In this document: positions 1 through 9,197 of the stretch, one piece after another
Layout of the letters: each line of letters opens with the position of its first letter
Position numbering within the stretch: the stretch's first letter is position 1
NCBI GenBank assembly: GCA_016204045.1
Contig: JACQLQ010000001.1
Location: 321,792 to 385,791 of the forward strand
DNA: 64,000 nucleotides
Direction: 5' to 3'
Source: Parcubacteria group bacterium
Lineage (GTDB): Bacteria > Patescibacteriota > Minisyncoccia > Phycocordibacterales > UBA2135
Made by a program: the position numbers and the translations under genes
The notes under the pieces: model-generated
Seen by the model: only the letters and a program-made list of their open reading frames with translations
The model's database searches: none
Told to the model about the DNA's origin: nothing

Positions 1-506
1 TCCATGTGATTAACGGGGATGATTGGGAGATCCCAAATGGTTGCCAGGGCCTTGGCAAAGTTGATGCCGACCCAAAGTGTCGGCTCAAGTCCGGGTCCGG
101 AGGTTACTGCAACGGCATCAATGTCGGGCTTCCTCACTCCCGGGACAAAGGCCAAAAACTGTTCTCGTAAGATTTGTTCGCGTTCCAAAATGGAATTTAG
201 AATTTCGAATTTATCCCTCGAGTTCCTCGGGATCCTGAGCGAAGTCGAAGGAGAATTTTGCGCGTTCGGCTCCAGATGTAGCATACCAGCCTCTTCTAGA
301 GATTTCTTCAAAACAGGTACCAAGCTCTTGCTGTGCTCACGCACGGCGAGGGAGGGGAAGACACCGCCATATTCCGCATGTTTTGCTACCTGCGAGAGCA
401 CGACATTAGAAAGGACCCGGATGAGGGCACCGGGTTTGAATTCGTCCGCTTCTATAATGCTTATTGCCGTTTCGTCACACGACGTCTCGATTGCAAGAAT
501 GCGCAT
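1..506 (-). CDS. tsaD: tRNA N6-adenosine threonylcarbamoyltransferase TsaD (Kae1/Gcp family), N-terminal 168 aa; continues beyond left window edge
   Basis: Manual minus-strand translation from ATG at 504-506 gives [18 protein letters not shown]...[22 protein letters not shown]...[42 protein letters not shown]. This matches the TsaD N-terminus. GAGG sits just upstream of the ATG. The frame is open to position 1. The ORF track omitted it because it is edge-truncated. Confidence 0.8.
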   Translation of the reverse strand, partial: [168 protein letters not shown]

Positions 507-579
507 TGCCTCGAGTATAGCATACAAAAAAGCGCAGGGATCTTGTCCCGACGCTCTGTTATTTCTCGATTAAAAATGA

Positions 580-900
580 TTACGCGACGCGAATGGTTCC
601 GCCCTTGAAGAAGAGGCCAGTGCAGACGAAGACCTCCACCTGTCTGCCTGTAGGGTTCGTCGCGCGCGCGGTGAACCGCGCGGCATCATTGCCGTCGCAT
701 CCGCGTAACCCAATGGCGAACCACACATGGTCGACGATTTCGATGTTGCTAAAGCCCTGCGCCTCAAGCGCTCTCACCGCAACCCCTTGGTCAGCGAAGG
801 CGCCCCGTCCAAGTCCGATTGCCGCAGCGATGAGGAAAAGAATAATCGTAATCCACCCGCCGCCGCTACTGTCTCTCCCGCCGCCGTAGTTCCGTCGCAT
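580..900 (-). CDS. hypothetical small membrane-anchored protein (Gly/Arg-rich N-terminus, one TM helix)
   Basis: A 106-aa ORF with hydrophobic segment WITIILFLIAAAIGLG. Sits upstream of tsaD on the same strand. No recognisable family. Confidence 0.3.
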   Translation of the reverse strand: MRRNYGGGRDSSGGGWITIILFLIAAAIGLGRGAFADQGVAVRALEAQGFSNIEIVDHVWFAIGLRGCDGNDAARFTARATNPTGRQVEVFVCTGLFFKGGTIRVA

Positions 901-994
901 GTCCGGCTCTCCTCGTCCGAGGGGAAGGGCTCACAGTGCCGTCTTCCTGAAACTGTTAAAAACATAGCCATTTATACTACAAAAGTCAAGGATT

Positions 995-1033
995 GTTACG
1001 TTTTACAAAATAAAACCCGCTTATGAAGCGGGG
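995..1033 (-). terminator. rho-independent terminator after CDS 1037..1903
   Basis: Hairpin cccgctt-atga-agcggg, followed on the minus strand by a T-rich tract (ttttattttgtaaaa). Confidence 0.5.
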
Positions 1034-1036
1034 TAA

Positions 1037-1903
1037 CTAGGAAGGAAAGGGAAAACTTCCTGCAGCGTATCCTCGTTTAGGGACGCCGTAGATGTCGACG
1101 AGTCCATGGGCAGGAGCCCAAACTTTCATGAAGTGCTCGATGACCCGAGGGGACGCATCGCCGTTCAGCATGATCTTTTCGCGCGACTCACTCGGCGCGT
1201 CCCTGTATTTGCAGAGGTATATGCGTCGTGAGCTCATCGCGGCGGTGCGTAAGGCAAGATATTCTGGTGTGTACCCACCTTCTCCGAGGTATTCGGAGGT
1301 CATGTCAGAGACGCGTACGTCACCCATAGAAATGGTGCGGGCTTTTTTCAAAATCCGAGCATATGACCAAATAAGGAGTTTAACAACACCAATGCGGATT
1401 CCGGTTGCTTCGGCGATGTTATTAACCACCAAGCGGTGAAGTCGGTCTACATCAATACCCGGGCACTTTCCTTTGTAGGCTACTGCGAGACAATGATCTG
1501 CTGCGGCGATGTGATGCAGCTTAACTTCTGCAGAAGCAAAATCAAACTTAGCAAATACATCGGGCATTTCTGTTTGCAGAAACTGGATCAACTGCCCCAA
1601 GCTTGATGCTTCCCAATACTGGGTTGCCCCAAGATCGTACCCCGGATCTCCTTCTCGGTGATGATCAATGACGACTAGCTCCAAAGAAGGGCCAGTCTGG
1701 AGAAACATCGGGCGGCACTCAACACATACGAGCCTCCCTACATTTGAAAGATCAGGAAGATCGGCTGTGTATGCCGTGTGTGGGCTAACCCGCTCTTTCC
1801 CATTACGCGCGAAGGCGAATGTGAGGCCGCAGGCCTTGAGGATTGCCGCGATGTGGTCCATTTCCGGATCAGCGGCACCAAGCATGAAGAGCGTGTTCTT
1901 CAT
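1037..1903 (-). CDS. hypothetical protein with DHH-like motif (VVIDHH)
   Basis: ORF with GGGAGAG Shine-Dalgarno 4 nt before ATG at 1903 (MKNTLFMLGAADPE...). Family not recognised confidently. Confidence 0.5.
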   Translation of the reverse strand: MKNTLFMLGAADPEMDHIAAILKACGLTFAFARNGKERVSPHTAYTADLPDLSNVGRLVCVECRPMFLQTGPSLELVVIDHHREGDPGYDLGATQYWEASSLGQLIQFLQTEMPDVFAKFDFASAEVKLHHIAAADHCLAVAYKGKCPGIDVDRLHRLVVNNIAEATGIRIGVVKLLIWSYARILKKARTISMGDVRVSDMTSEYLGEGGYTPEYLALRTAAMSSRRIYLCKYRDAPSESREKIMLNGDASPRVIEHFMKVWAPAHGLVDIYGVPKRGYAAGSFPFPS

Positions 1904-2033
1904 CAGACTCTCCCGAGCTCTGTTTTTACAATACAATCTTTATAGTAAATTGGCAAGTTTTTATAGAGACACCCGTGTTAGCTGTGCTACAATTATTTGA
2001 GTGCCGAAAGCTCGCAAAACAAGGAATAAGGTG

Positions 2034-2594
2034 ATGGAGGCGCTCAGGGTTCTGATACCCATCGGACTCGTCGTGTTCTTCGCGGGAATGTTATGTGCCT
2101 GCGCGCTTCCCGAGAAGACCAAAACACTCACTGCTCCGTACGAAGAGAATGCCTTGGCAACGTCTCACCGATTTGTCCCGCTTGAGGAGGGGGTGCTCTA
2201 CACAAGTCGCGAACCGAATGAAGCGTTTATCCGCTGGCTCGTAGCAGAGAAGGGCGTGCGGACCTTCATTAGCCTCAGGGGAGACATTCCTCAATGGAAG
2301 GAAGATTTGATTGAACAAAGCGGCTCGGAATTGCTGATGTTTAGCTGGAGTGCCCATCGAGTTCCTCCTCAGGGAGAGTTAGAGCAAGTCTTGCGCTTCA
2401 TGCGCGAGCGCTCAAATGGCCCCGTCCTTGTCTTCTGCCGAGCGGGGGTAGATAGGACCGGACTCGTTCGTGCATGGTGGCGGTTCTTTGAGCAGGGGTG
2501 GTCGGAGGAAGAAGCTCTAGCAGAGTTCCGCGGAATGGGGCATATACCGAACGTCCTAGATACATTTTTGGAAAAGGAGTTTGCAAAACATTAA
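2034..2594 (+). CDS. protein-tyrosine / dual-specificity phosphatase-like protein
   Basis: CX5R P-loop VLVFCRAGVDRTG. N-terminal hydrophobic anchor. AAGGAA Shine-Dalgarno before ATG at 2034. Confidence 0.6.
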   Translation: MEALRVLIPIGLVVFFAGMLCACALPEKTKTLTAPYEENALATSHRFVPLEEGVLYTSREPNEAFIRWLVAEKGVRTFISLRGDIPQWKEDLIEQSGSELLMFSWSAHRVPPQGELEQVLRFMRERSNGPVLVFCRAGVDRTGLVRAWWRFFEQGWSEEEALAEFRGMGHIPNVLDTFLEKEFAKH

Positions 2595-2620
2595 AATCCA
2601 CCGTCAGGTGGATTTTTAAA
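2593..2620. terminator. bidirectional rho-independent terminator
   Basis: aaaatccacc-gtca-ggtggatttttaaaa: a perfect hairpin flanked by A-run and T-run. Confidence 0.6.
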
Positions 2621-2685
2621 ATTGCCACGAACCCCCCGTATTTAAAAAGGGCGTGACGAGTTTGTTCTCGTGCACGTCCAATGTA

Positions 2686-2877
2686 TCATTCAAATCTTTT
2701 TTTTGAAAAATGAGGCAGGAAGACATCGCCCTTAGCAACACGCCGTGCATCTCGCGGCAGCATTCGGGCGAGTAGTCGCTCTTTCTCCCAGAAGGGAAGA
2801 AATGGATCGTCGCGATATCTGCGCTCTGCTTCCCAAAATGGGGGGAACGGGTCTTCATCGTCATCTCGGGTGCTCAT
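2686..2877 (-). CDS. hypothetical small protein with internal repeat DPFPPFWEAER / DPFLPFWEKER
   Basis: 63-aa ORF (MSTRDDDEDPFPPFWEAERRYRDDPFLPFWEKER...). GGAGAAA lies 11 nt upstream of the ATG. A competing antisense ORF exists. Confidence 0.3.
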   Translation of the reverse strand: MSTRDDDEDPFPPFWEAERRYRDDPFLPFWEKERLLARMLPRDARRVAKGDVFLPHFSKKRFE

Positions 2878-3073
2878 CTCTGTTGGAGTTTCTCCCGGGA
2901 GCCTCGAGAATTGTGGCTTTCCACAATATATCACATCTTTTTTAATTCGTCAATTTCTCATAGAAGAAAGTTCGGTCTGCGGTGTTCGTTTGAATATATC
3001 TTCTATAAAAATCTTGTTTTCGGGTAACTGTGTGCTACTCTTTATGAAGGTAGCCTCTTTATGAAGGGTCCAA

Positions 3074-3229
3074 ATGAAGGAGATGGTCGCACTAGTCATC
3101 TGGGGTATTGTCGGATACTTTATTACCGGGTTTACTGTCGGGTTACTGTTTCCTAATTTGTCCCCAACGGTAATCGTAGGGATTGCCACGCTTGGAGCAT
3201 TCGTTACAATGTGGTTTATAAAGGAGTGA
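3074..3229 (+). CDS. hypothetical 51-aa two-TM membrane protein
   Basis: MKEMVALVIWGIVGYFITGFTVGLLFPNLSPTVIVGIATLGAFVTMWFIKE. GAAGGG Shine-Dalgarno. Under the 60-aa ORF-track cutoff. Confidence 0.3.
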   Translation: MKEMVALVIWGIVGYFITGFTVGLLFPNLSPTVIVGIATLGAFVTMWFIKE

Positions 3230-3274
3230 TTTTGATAAACACTAGTCGTCTCGCACGACCGGTGTTTTTAAAAA

Positions 3275-3361
3275 CGGAGGGAGTGAGATTCGAACTCACG
3301 AGAGGATTCCTCCTCTACTGGTTTTCGAAACCAGCGCCTTCGGCCGCTCAGCCATCCCTCC
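3275..3361 (-). tRNA. tRNA-Ser(CGA)
   Basis: Cloverleaf read on the reverse complement. Acceptor GGAGGGA/TCCCTCC. Anticodon loop TT-CGA-AA. Long variable arm. T-loop GTTCGAATC. Confidence 0.9.
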
Positions 3362-3420
3362 AACGTCACACACTATAGCATTTTTTGATTTTTCCCACAA
3401 AAATGCTATAGTAATTTTCT

Positions 3421-3493
3421 GGCCCTATCGTCTAGAGGCCTAGGACAGCGGGTTTTCAATCCGTTAACCCGGGTTCGAATCCCGGTGGGGCCG
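3421..3493 (+). tRNA. tRNA-Glu(TTC)
   Basis: GGCCCTATCGTCTAGAGGCCTAGGACAGCGGGTTTTCAATCCGT...GGTTCGAATCCCGGTGGGGCCG. Anticodon loop tt-TTC-aa. Confidence 0.9.
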
Positions 3494-3498
3494 TTAAA

Positions 3499-3537
3499 GA
3501 AAAAGGCGGGCCGACTATAGTCGGCCCGCCTTTTTCT
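3499..3537. terminator. bidirectional terminator between tRNA-Glu and efp
   Basis: aaaaaggcgggccgac-tata-gtcggcccgcctttttct. Confidence 0.7.
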
Positions 3538-3549
3538 GTGGTGTTGATG

Positions 3550-4143
3550 TTATGCTTTGTTTATGCGTTCCATGTATTCTCCGGTTTCGGTATTAACCGC
3601 TATGACGTCATTTATATTAATGAAGAGGGGAGTTGAGACTACGGCGCCCGTCTCGAGCGTTACCTTCTTGTTACCACCTTGGGCGGTGTTGCCGCGCATT
3701 GATGGGGGAGCTTCAACCACCTTGAGCTCCATCTTGGGTGGGATTTTGATGCCAATGACCTTCTCATCGAATTTCATTGCCTCAATCGGCGTGTTTGCTT
3801 TGAGATAGTCTGCCCTAGAACCAATGAGTTCCCGATCCAACTTGAAGCGATTTTTGGGATTTCCCTCCTCGCAAAACCAGTACTCGCCACGGTTGTGATA
3901 AATGAATGTGATGTTCTGATATTCGAGCTCTGCTTCTTTGACGGTCTCGCTCTGGCGGAAGGTGTTTTCGATCACCTTTCCATTTTTGAGGTTTCGGAGT
4001 TTTGTCTGGTTCACCGGCCGGCGCATTTGCATGTTGAAAACGTGAGAACTCACGACCTCGTAGGGATCCCCATTAAAAAGGATGATTTTCTTAGGCTCTA
4101 TTTCGCTGTAGGACAGGACGGACATAGATGGGTTTAGAAACAT
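3550..4143 (-). CDS. efp: elongation factor P
   Basis: GDPYEVV...KLRNLKNG...RGNTAQGG: EF-P-like sequence. Start may be the internal MSVLSYS (4125). Confidence 0.9.
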   Translation of the reverse strand: MFLNPSMSVLSYSEIEPKKIILFNGDPYEVVSSHVFNMQMRRPVNQTKLRNLKNGKVIENTFRQSETVKEAELEYQNITFIYHNRGEYWFCEEGNPKNRFKLDRELIGSRADYLKANTPIEAMKFDEKVIGIKIPPKMELKVVEAPPSMRGNTAQGGNKKVTLETGAVVSTPLFININDVIAVNTETGEYMERINKA

Positions 4144-4186
4144 AGCTAGAGTACACTATTTTCCTGGAAATTGCTACTATGCTTGT

Positions 4187-4930
4187 ATGAAAATACGGAA
4201 CAAAAACGCTATACTCGAACTGCTCAAAGAGGATGTTGCTTTCGATAAGATATCGGTTGTTGAGGGCCTCGACCAAGACGAGATGACCAAGGAGATACTC
4301 TCCGTTGCTAGTAAGCGGGGGGTGTCCATCGAGACAAAACCACTGAGCAGCATGGCGCGAAGGCGGACAGGAAGCACCCACGAGGTCATTGTCGGATTCT
4401 TGAGCCCCATACATATCTGGAAGTTCGATGAACTCCTCGAGAATCTCTATCAGAGCAATCGAACACCCTTTTTTCTTCTCATCAACAAAGTCGAGTTCGC
4501 CAGCAACGTCGGCATCATTGCTCGCACGGCATTTGCCGCAGGTGTTACCGGGCTCATATTCCAAGGAGACGAGCACCAGTTTCTGAATGAAGACACGGTA
4601 CACTTCTCAACAGGCGCCATTGCGCGCGTTCCTCTCGTTAAGATGGGCGTGTTTGAGGCGATGGAGCAGTTGCAGAAGAACGGCATACCCACATATGCAC
4701 TGCATATGGGAGGGGTGGAATATTCAAGTGAGGACCTCAGGGGCCCTGCGGCGTTTGTGCTTGGTGCGGAGGGGGAGGGGCTATCGGACACTGTTTTAAA
4801 ACGTTGCGACAAGAAACTATCTATCCCGATGCGCGAGGGTATCGATTCACTTAATGTAGGCACGAGTGCGGCAATCCTCCTCTTCGAAAAAGTGCGGCAA
4901 GAAGGAGGTGATTTCTTGGGGAAACAATAA
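4187..4930 (+). CDS. SpoU/TrmH-family RNA 2'-O-methyltransferase (RlmB-like)
   Basis: SPOUT motifs: NVGIIARTAFAAG, GAEGEGLS, SLNVGTSAAILLFE. Confidence 0.75.
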   Translation: MKIRNKNAILELLKEDVAFDKISVVEGLDQDEMTKEILSVASKRGVSIETKPLSSMARRRTGSTHEVIVGFLSPIHIWKFDELLENLYQSNRTPFFLLINKVEFASNVGIIARTAFAAGVTGLIFQGDEHQFLNEDTVHFSTGAIARVPLVKMGVFEAMEQLQKNGIPTYALHMGGVEYSSEDLRGPAAFVLGAEGEGLSDTVLKRCDKKLSIPMREGIDSLNVGTSAAILLFEKVRQEGGDFLGKQ

Positions 4931-4981
4931 TCCAGGAGTGTTTTTGCCCGACACAACAATTCCTGCTACCATGGGTTCCAT

Positions 4982-5058
4982 GGGCGGTTAGCTCAGCTGG
5001 TTAGAGCGCAGCATTGACATTGCTGAGGTCAGAGGTTCGAATCCTCTACCGCCCACCA
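4982..5058 (+). tRNA. tRNA-Val(GAC), CCA encoded
   Basis: GGGCGGTTAGCTCAGCTGGTTAGAGCGCAGCATTGACATTGCTG...GGTTCGAATCCTCTACCGCCCACCA. Confidence 0.9.
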
Positions 5059-5083
5059 ATTTGTCGTAAAAAGCCCAGTAGTA

Positions 5084-6130
5084 TTACTGGGCTTGATTGT
5101 GCCGCGGCCCCTCTAAAAGTTTAGGAGGCGGACTCAAGAGCTTTTGCTTCCCTCTCGACTTCTGGCCGAGCATTGTCGCTACACGTTCCGGGTTTCTGTC
5201 CGCAACATAGAACAAGAGTGTTGAAATAAGCGCCTGTATGATCATTTCCGACTTCTGCAACTCCTCAATGCTCCAGCATGATGGGCGACCATCCTGAGCG
5301 GTGCCACCAATGTCCCACGCGATTTTTATGTGTGCTTTTACACCATCTTCAGTTGGGAGGGAGGAGATAAGTGTTTCCCATCGTTCTCCCGCTTGGTCTC
5401 TGAAGTACGTCGCCTTGTCCCACCATGAGGATGCCACTGTTTCGAAGATATCCTTCACCACCTCGAAGGGCATGCCGAATTCAGATGCGAGCTCGTGAAG
5501 TTTGTCATCTGAAAGGGGCGACTTCTTTTTGCGCTTTCGTGAAGAGTCCTTGCTGTTATAGCTATCCTCTATGGTTGCTTGGGTATAGGCCAACCCCTCG
5601 CACTCGAGGAGAACTGCATGCTCGGCCAAGGTTCTCAACATGCCTTCGGGCACATGAGTCAGCGGGCGACTATTGTAAGGAGCCTCTGAAAGAGTCTCCA
5701 CAATGTGAGAAAGCCACTCAATAGTGCCTTCTATATCGCGTCCGTCCCGCGCAGCTTTCTCAAGGACACCGAGAAGAGTAAAGAGAATCTCTGTGGCCAT
5801 TCCGGCGACTTGGGGAAGGGCCTCGGGGCACACCGGGACTTTTTCTCTTGGATGGGAGCGGTGCGCAGCAGCAGACGCCAGGACCGCTGCTGGACTTTCG
5901 CCAAAGGCAGATACATTTGCTGCCCAAGAAAGGCCGCTTCTCCGCAATAACTTTGCACGGCCCTTCAACTCGTACGCGATTCGCAACAGTTCTTCTTTAC
6001 GATTGAGCGACCAAGTGTGCCAGAGATGTGAACCTGCAAGTAACAGTGCTCCCGCTTCTTCTAAAAATGGGGCAATGGAATAGAGGAAAATCCTCGTATC
6101 CCGCATCTGCGCTTCCCAGAAGTTAAGCAT
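5084..6130 (-). CDS. hypothetical protein
   Basis: Long ORF. Start chosen at ATG 6130 with GAGAGA Shine-Dalgarno. No family recognised. Confidence 0.5.
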   Translation of the reverse strand: MLNFWEAQMRDTRIFLYSIAPFLEEAGALLLAGSHLWHTWSLNRKEELLRIAYELKGRAKLLRRSGLSWAANVSAFGESPAAVLASAAAHRSHPREKVPVCPEALPQVAGMATEILFTLLGVLEKAARDGRDIEGTIEWLSHIVETLSEAPYNSRPLTHVPEGMLRTLAEHAVLLECEGLAYTQATIEDSYNSKDSSRKRKKKSPLSDDKLHELASEFGMPFEVVKDIFETVASSWWDKATYFRDQAGERWETLISSLPTEDGVKAHIKIAWDIGGTAQDGRPSCWSIEELQKSEMIIQALISTLLFYVADRNPERVATMLGQKSRGKQKLLSPPPKLLEGPRHNQAQ

Positions 6131-6232
6131 TATTCTCTCGAGTCGGATTTCTCCCGTTACCGTAACAGAGCTATAAGGAGAAAGCAATCCAACAAAAAAG
6201 GCCGAATGAATTCGGCCACACCAAAGTTCTTA

Positions 6233-7267
6233 TTATGCTTTCTTGAAAGATGTTACTGCAGAGGCGATGTCATTCGGGAGAAGGCACGCATCCGGACTCT
6301 TGTCGTCACGAGTACGGAGGAAGACGGGGGAGCGCAGTGCGCAGTGTATCTTGCCCTTACTCACCATCCTCGGCTTTTGACGTTTCTCGAACTTGATCTG
6401 CGCGACCAAGGGATATTCTGCCTTGGTAAGGGCTCCGCGTTCTTTATCGCTTACGCCTGTGCCGACCTCACCGCATGGAACAAGAACACCGGTAAGGGGA
6501 TGCCTCTGGGCAAGGAATAATTTACCGACCCTGTCTGCATTTTTACCGCTACCCTTCTCCCACCCAGTGACGATAAAATCATCTTCGGAAAAAGGTTTCC
6601 GCTTCCAGGACCCAGTGGGGCGTGGAGGGCGATCCTCATTTCCATCAAGGTGATATTTCGTCGTCCCCAGGGCATCGTAGAGAACTAGGCCTTCCCACTT
6701 ATTCCTAACCACTTCTCTCTCTGCTTCAGCGAGTGTCCCAGGAAGCACCTCGACAGGGAGCACATAATTTGCCCCCGGAGCGACTGTCCTTTGGACAAGC
6801 TCCAGACGTTCTCTGTTTGTGCGGGAAGTAATATCTTCGCCGCCAAACACCAGGGCGTTGAAGACTCGCAAACGTGCGAGGCCTTGCTCTAGTTGGAGAT
6901 GTTGAGCAACTTCGGCTTGCGACTTAACAAGTCGACCGACAGCATGCAAGTCATCGTGTCCCTCGTAGTCGAACATCAGTAGTTCCGCACAAAGGAGCGT
7001 AACTCCTCGCAGAGACTGGTTCCCACGGAGCTCTTCAACGAGGTGCGGAAACTTTGCCGTGATATCCTCGACTGTGCCACGGGTATAGATTCGAACACGA
7101 CCGCCCATGACGACAACAGAAACATAATTACCATCATATTTTCTCGTTATGATGAGTCGTCCGGCTCGCTCGAGCTTCCTTACAACATCATCTTTGATAC
7201 TGTTGATTGGCTTCGGTGGGACAAAGGTTGTATCTAGCGGATTCAGTGCAAATGGCAGTTTCGCCAT
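6233..7267 (-). CDS. ATP-dependent DNA ligase (minimal LigC/LigD-ligase-domain type)
   Basis: Adenylation motif I ITRKYDGNYVSVV (KxDG). Motif IV EGLVL. Motif V WKRKP. OB-fold tail. Confidence 0.8.
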   Translation of the reverse strand: MAKLPFALNPLDTTFVPPKPINSIKDDVVRKLERAGRLIITRKYDGNYVSVVVMGGRVRIYTRGTVEDITAKFPHLVEELRGNQSLRGVTLLCAELLMFDYEGHDDLHAVGRLVKSQAEVAQHLQLEQGLARLRVFNALVFGGEDITSRTNRERLELVQRTVAPGANYVLPVEVLPGTLAEAEREVVRNKWEGLVLYDALGTTKYHLDGNEDRPPRPTGSWKRKPFSEDDFIVTGWEKGSGKNADRVGKLFLAQRHPLTGVLVPCGEVGTGVSDKERGALTKAEYPLVAQIKFEKRQKPRMVSKGKIHCALRSPVFLRTRDDKSPDACLLPNDIASAVTSFKKA

Positions 7268-7357
7268 CAGCAGTCTCCCTTCTCTCAACGTTGTTAGGGT
7301 TCAGGATCTGTCAGCACCGTAGCATATTAATATGAATACGTCAAATTAAGTATTCAA

Positions 7358-7384
7358 TAAAAAACCTCGGTATATACCGAGGTA
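7358..7384 (-). terminator. terminator of CDS 7402..9135
   Basis: cctcggtatataccgagg hairpin with a T-run on the minus strand. Confidence 0.6.
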
Positions 7385-7401
7385 CTTTGATGAGAAATCT
7401 T

Positions 7402-9135
7402 TTACACTAAATCGCGTCCGAAATGAGCCTTAAGTTTCTCGAGCCGTTCATGCACCAAGTCGTGCCAGCTCATTAGCCCCGGCTGAGGGTCGTTGAGAAG
7501 GGCAAGCAACTTCTCTGCCTCATCAATGAGCGCAGTGATGGGTATTGACTGATTTAACTGAGGCTTCTGATCCTTGAGAACAGCAATGATGCGCATCACC
7601 TTTGTTTTGAGTTCTTCAAGGCTGATCTTTTTCTCCTCAACGCCGCTTTCCTTGGCAAGAAGAGCCATCATTCTATCAAGGTCATACGCCAGTGTGTCTG
7701 CCTTGATCACGCGCTTTGTGGTGTCTGCCTCAGCTCTATAGAATTGGACCATACAGGTTTGATGCGTGGGGTTTCCACCAGACCACTCATTCTGCGGTTC
7801 GCTGACGAAAACGTATGCGTTTGCACTAGCGGGAGCGATAGCCTGCACCTCATTGATACCGAACTTGAAGAAACCATGATAGCCACCAACTGTCGTCCGG
7901 AAGAGGACCGGATCACCCACTTTTTCCAATGACGTGACTACATATTCTGGTTCGTACGTATCCATCCTCTCGCCCATCTTCAAGTATTGCGTGAACCATT
8001 GGTCGCCCATCTGCATCAGTGCGCGGAAACCAACACCAGGTTCTGCGTCCGGTGGGAATACGGGAACAAGCAAATCCCGCCAATATTTGTGAACGAGAGC
8101 GCGTGGCTCTGGTCCCGCGTGTACTCCCGATTCCAAATTAGCGCTTTCCTTGATGCCTACTAACCGAACGCCATTTCCCCATTCATGGCAGTGTAGATCT
8201 GAGGTGAGGCTTTCGTGGATGCCATGGTGAAGGTGGCATAAGGCGCCCGTGGTGATGAGGTGTGCAAGCGCGTATCCGTCTTCGATTTCCCGGTGTCCGT
8301 GGAAGGGGACGAATGTATAGGCACAATTTGCCGGGTCGTTTACCTGGAGAATGTGAGGATCGGAATCACGGCGCCCGTCTATCCAATGTTGCGCGCGTCT
8401 GCGGTTGAGGAAACGATCAAAGTCTGGCTGGGGTGTCTGAAATCTATTTTCTGGATCAAACCCATTCTGTTCCCTGTGCCACTCTCTCGCTGCGGCGACA
8501 TGAATACGGATGTATTCTGCGTGTCGAGGTCCATGCCTCGCCTTGAGGACTGGATCCAAGAGCGCTTGCGATGCTCGAAGGGTGCCGCCAAACGGGTATT
8601 CGTATCGTTTGCAATATGCATCAAAGTCGATGATGCAGACTGGGCCATAGTTGCCCGCCTCTAGCTTCAAAAACTCTTGTTGCGTAATTCGTCCGCCGCG
8701 ACGGTTACGGCCTTTGTCCTTGTATTCCCAACTATACGCCTTCTGAATGCCCGCAAGTGTGCTCATGGGACCAATGCCGTGCGCGACAATCAAAATACGG
8801 GAGCCATCCTTAGATATACCGAGGTATTCTGCAGTCAGGGTGGTGAAATACGTCTCCCAGGCAGGATCACCAGGCTTGCTGTTGATACGTGCTGCAATGA
8901 TATCGGGCATGGTTGCAAGACGTCCGTTCGGGCCAGCAAACTTTGTTGCCTGTTGCCACGCCGCCGGCAATCCATCCTGGTGATAGAAGGCCATCACTCC
9001 AGGAGAAACACCTTGTTTCCTTGATGTCACTTTACCGCTCCTTCCCCGACTAAGGGGTTTTGGGGGTTGCGTTTCAAAGAGCTCGGGACCATCCCAAGCC
9101 AAACTTATCTTGGAGCAAAGTCTCCACCGTGTCAA
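7402..9135 (-). CDS. large hypothetical protein, histidine-rich motifs (FHGHREIEDGY, CHLHHGIHE, HCHEW)
   Basis: 577-aa ORF (possible start at MAFYHQDG, 8997). Coiled C-terminal tail. No confident family. Lies directly upstream of the DNA ligase but has its own terminator. Confidence 0.55.
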   Translation of the reverse strand: MTRWRLCSKISLAWDGPELFETQPPKPLSRGRSGKVTSRKQGVSPGVMAFYHQDGLPAAWQQATKFAGPNGRLATMPDIIAARINSKPGDPAWETYFTTLTAEYLGISKDGSRILIVAHGIGPMSTLAGIQKAYSWEYKDKGRNRRGGRITQQEFLKLEAGNYGPVCIIDFDAYCKRYEYPFGGTLRASQALLDPVLKARHGPRHAEYIRIHVAAAREWHREQNGFDPENRFQTPQPDFDRFLNRRRAQHWIDGRRDSDPHILQVNDPANCAYTFVPFHGHREIEDGYALAHLITTGALCHLHHGIHESLTSDLHCHEWGNGVRLVGIKESANLESGVHAGPEPRALVHKYWRDLLVPVFPPDAEPGVGFRALMQMGDQWFTQYLKMGERMDTYEPEYVVTSLEKVGDPVLFRTTVGGYHGFFKFGINEVQAIAPASANAYVFVSEPQNEWSGGNPTHQTCMVQFYRAEADTTKRVIKADTLAYDLDRMMALLAKESGVEEKKISLEELKTKVMRIIAVLKDQKPQLNQSIPITALIDEAEKLLALLNDPQPGLMSWHDLVHERLEKLKAHFGRDLV

Positions 9136-9197
9136 TTTGCTTATAAACGTGGTAATTAAAAAACAAACCCCTGATGGGGGGATTTGTTTTTAGGGTT

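Noticed and set aside
19-573. 184-aa plus-strand ORF at the window start
   Set aside because: Ser/Arg-rich, non-protein-like composition. It lies exactly antisense to a clean TsaD reading frame on the minus strand.
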